Below are positions 62,101-64,000 of a stretch of DNA of 64,000 nucleotides, in pieces. How positions within the stretch are numbered: position 1 is the first letter of the stretch; every line of letters starts with the position of its first letter. Position numbers and translations under genes: made by a program. Under the pieces are notes generated by a model that was given only the letters and a program-made list of their open reading frames with translations, did not search any database and was not told the DNA's origin. This stretch comes from Raillietiella orientalis (Eukaryota): the NCBI GenBank assembly GCA_036172245.1, contig JAYWIR010000068.1, positions 124,001-188,000 of the forward strand. Reading direction: 5' to 3'.

Positions 62101-63116
62101 TGCCGCTGCTAAGAGGTCATCCGGGTCGTTCAAAGAAGCTGCCATCGCCGGTTCGTCCATCGCTTCCTTCATCCTGCGTTGGCAGCCGCGGAGATTTTCC
62201 GGGTTCTCCGTGCGGACCACCGCGTTGTACTGGTGCACCCTGCGTTGGGACGGGATGCCTGGTTGTCTGCAAGGACGCTTTTCGCCGGCCGCTCCGTCGG
62301 TTCGCGGTGCCCCTTTTGCAAACGCCGGGCCTCGTGGTCAGCTTGCACGTTGCGCCCCACGGATGGTGTACCGTCGCGCGCTGGCCATCGTTTGTCAGCT
62401 GGTTGCCACCGGGGCCTGCATGTCGGGGTCGTTGGGGGCGCGTCGTTAGCGTCGTAGAGGCGCCTCACAAAAGTGCCGACCTTGAAGATCGTCGATTCTC
62501 CAGTCCTAAGCTGGAGTAATATGTCCTCTGCTTGAGATGCCCCCAACCTCCTCCTCAGCTTGCTCCCCTTTCCCCCGTAAAAGGATTTTTTAAAAAAGGA
62601 AAAAAATACATAAAAATTCTGCGGTAAATGAACCGCTTCGTGTGGAGACCTCTTTCTTAACCCTCGGATTTCGGCGATGCAAGGGGAGGTTCGCGCGTCG
62701 TAAGCGGAATGGGACGTGTAATCTTCCCGTTTGTGTAGAAGGACCACATGATCCAGCACCTCCTGAAGACCGGCAGGATCAAAACGAAAAGGTGCAGTAG
62801 TTCTTTCTAAGCCCCTCTCCGACTTAAGCAGATACCAAAGGCTTGCACCCGACGACCTCGTACTCTTGCTGTGGGACGCGGAGCACAACTCCGTCCGCCT
62901 GCACCAGGAGGACCCGTGCCCGTACTTTGTGAAAGGCCTCTTCCTCCAAGACATCACGCTTCCAGGTGGGCGTGGAGAGGAGCCGAGCCGCGCGATCCCG
63001 TGGCGCAGTTGCCCGGGGCGTTCCATTAATGCGAAGTTTCAGATCTGGATTGGAGTCCGATGAGGTGGTACAAGCTGGCCAGGTTCGTCTCCAAAGAGTA
63101 CTGCAAGGCCAAGAAG
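50196..63116 (+). CDS. RB1CC1: RB1-inducible coiled-coil protein 1 / FIP200 (Atg17/Atg11-like autophagy scaffold); 15 exons seen, 3'-incomplete
   Basis: Exons 50196-50263, 50403-50620, 50677-50844, 53105-53231, 56231-56391, 56444-56559, 56606-56776, 56822-57006, 57052-57238, 57288-57467, 57515-57679, 57728-58450, 58495-58664, 62832-62965 and 63043-63116 sum to 2847 nt (949 codons) in frame. Motifs MLYVFHVETG, AGTDTNPIYLFN, QHQGWQTVMAN, SVLPELC..H..QL, EAVRRR, a coiled coil, and Claw-domain DLVLLLWD...KEYCKAKK. Final exon not found in the window. Confidence 0.93.
53280..55500 (+). mobile_element. Decayed mariner-like fragments in RB1CC1 intron 4
   Basis: KHPRSTEKRVVF..DNP (cf. KRP...VILHHDNA) and MFRTLKKSCEGRQIST (cf. 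LFPKLK..LKGRRF) near 53460-53640; FEGREDP (cf. EGRESVEDDP) near 55190. Confidence 0.3.
59150..60250 (+). mobile_element. Decayed mariner-like fossil in RB1CC1 intron 13
   Basis: SLVIDHD...NLRVLVDRLREAARE (cf. GVLLIDY...YY..LLDRLREAIR); GFSETVG near the 3' end. Confidence 0.3.
61700..62500 (-). mobile_element. Decayed mariner-like fossil in RB1CC1 intron 13, antisense to the host gene
   Basis: NAVVRTENPENLRGCQRR (cf. SARWVPKNLT..QKQRR), NDPDDLL, RLKDAFR...RMPEQARTQS (cf. RLKEAIR...HHDNARPHT). Confidence 0.25.
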
Positions 63117-64000
63117 GTGAGTGCTGGCCGTGGGGATTTGCCGGGTACCGCGTGCCGGGCGGCAGTGTTGCCACGTACCGAAAGCAACGCGAGCCCCTGT
63201 TCTGCCCCACTCCCGTTCCCCTGCTTCGCTCGTGACCTCATGCCCCCTGTGACTCGAAACGCTCCATCCGCCTTCTTGGCACCCAACGTTCCACGGACCA
63301 GGGGGATTTCGAATGCGGTCATAACCCTGCAAGGTCATGTTGACCATGCACCGAGGCGCCATTGGCATTCGTGCCGTGAGTTTCCCCATCCCGAAGTTTT
63401 TGAAGTGGCGAACCAACAGTAATATGCAGCAGGGAAAGCAGAGTAGTCCTCGACCCGACCCTTCGAACGTGTCCAGCACTTACGAAGGTGAACAAACGGG
63501 AAGGAATTCCTGGTTCTCCACTCCACTCGCCAATTTCCAGCTGGATCGACCCCGCACAGCACATTCCCCCTGACCACACCACCCACTTCTCCAACCCATG
63601 GGGCACGGCGCGGCGCCTGCGCTGGCCGCGCAAACTCCGGCATCGCCTCCGCAAGAACGGTTTGCCTCAGGGAGAACCAGCGTGAGCGTTAGCAAGTCGC
63701 AAGCGCACCTCTCGCTTTTCGCGCACGCGCACACACAATCACACACATAAAGAAAGCAAGGCGAACGCCGTTAGAAACAGCGTGCTCCCCTCTTAGCTCC
63801 TGCGTGCTCCCCTCTTAGCTCCATTCCCTTTTCTTATCGACGTGATTGCCGAGTAACGCCCACTCAGCGGACCACCTTTTTTGATAGCAGGAAGGATCTT
63901 GGCGGGAGCGCTGCGACCGCAGGTGATGGCCCCACGCAGGTGTGCGCCAAGGTGTTGCCGGCGCATCACCTCCACGGATGCCGGTCTTCCCGTCATCCCC

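Noticed and set aside
63117..63235. YRVPGGSVATYRK as the final RB1CC1 Claw exon
   Set aside because: Out of frame with KEYCKAKK, lies just after a strong GTGAGT donor, and has no suitable acceptor. The real last exon is probably beyond 64000.
63780..63823. 22-bp tandem duplication (similar ones near 48605 and 52712)
   Set aside because: Ordinary slippage-type local duplications with no further structure.

Overview
Eukaryotic invertebrate genomic DNA, most likely an arthropod or related ecdysozoan; no prokaryotic features. Four spliced protein-coding genes can be read. (1) A UBF/UBTF-like multi-HMG-box Pol I factor (minus, 8135-14697). (2) A scabrous-like secreted coiled-coil/fibrinogen-domain protein (minus, 27123-31247). 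(3) The deubiquitinase USP32 (minus, 33269-40188). (4) RB1CC1/FIP200 (plus, from 50196; last exon apparently beyond the window). The first ~110 bp may be the end of a fifth gene. Many introns are only 44-55 nt. Intergenic DNA and large introns are full of decayed transposons: one clear Hsmar1-like mariner, one clear 5'-truncated Utopia/NeSL-type retroelement, and several much fainter mariner and LINE fossils. Base composition is strongly mosaic, with AT-rich, CpG-poor 5' halves and GC-rich 3' ends in the housekeeping genes. I found no clearly new biological system. The best leads are a perfect 80-bp inverted repeat around the USP32 start exon, an invertebrate UBF with no acidic tail, a much shortened FIP200, and the composition and TE-orientation patterns. 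Most long ORFs in the supplied track are GC-rich artefacts. All homology calls are motif recognition by eye, not database searches.
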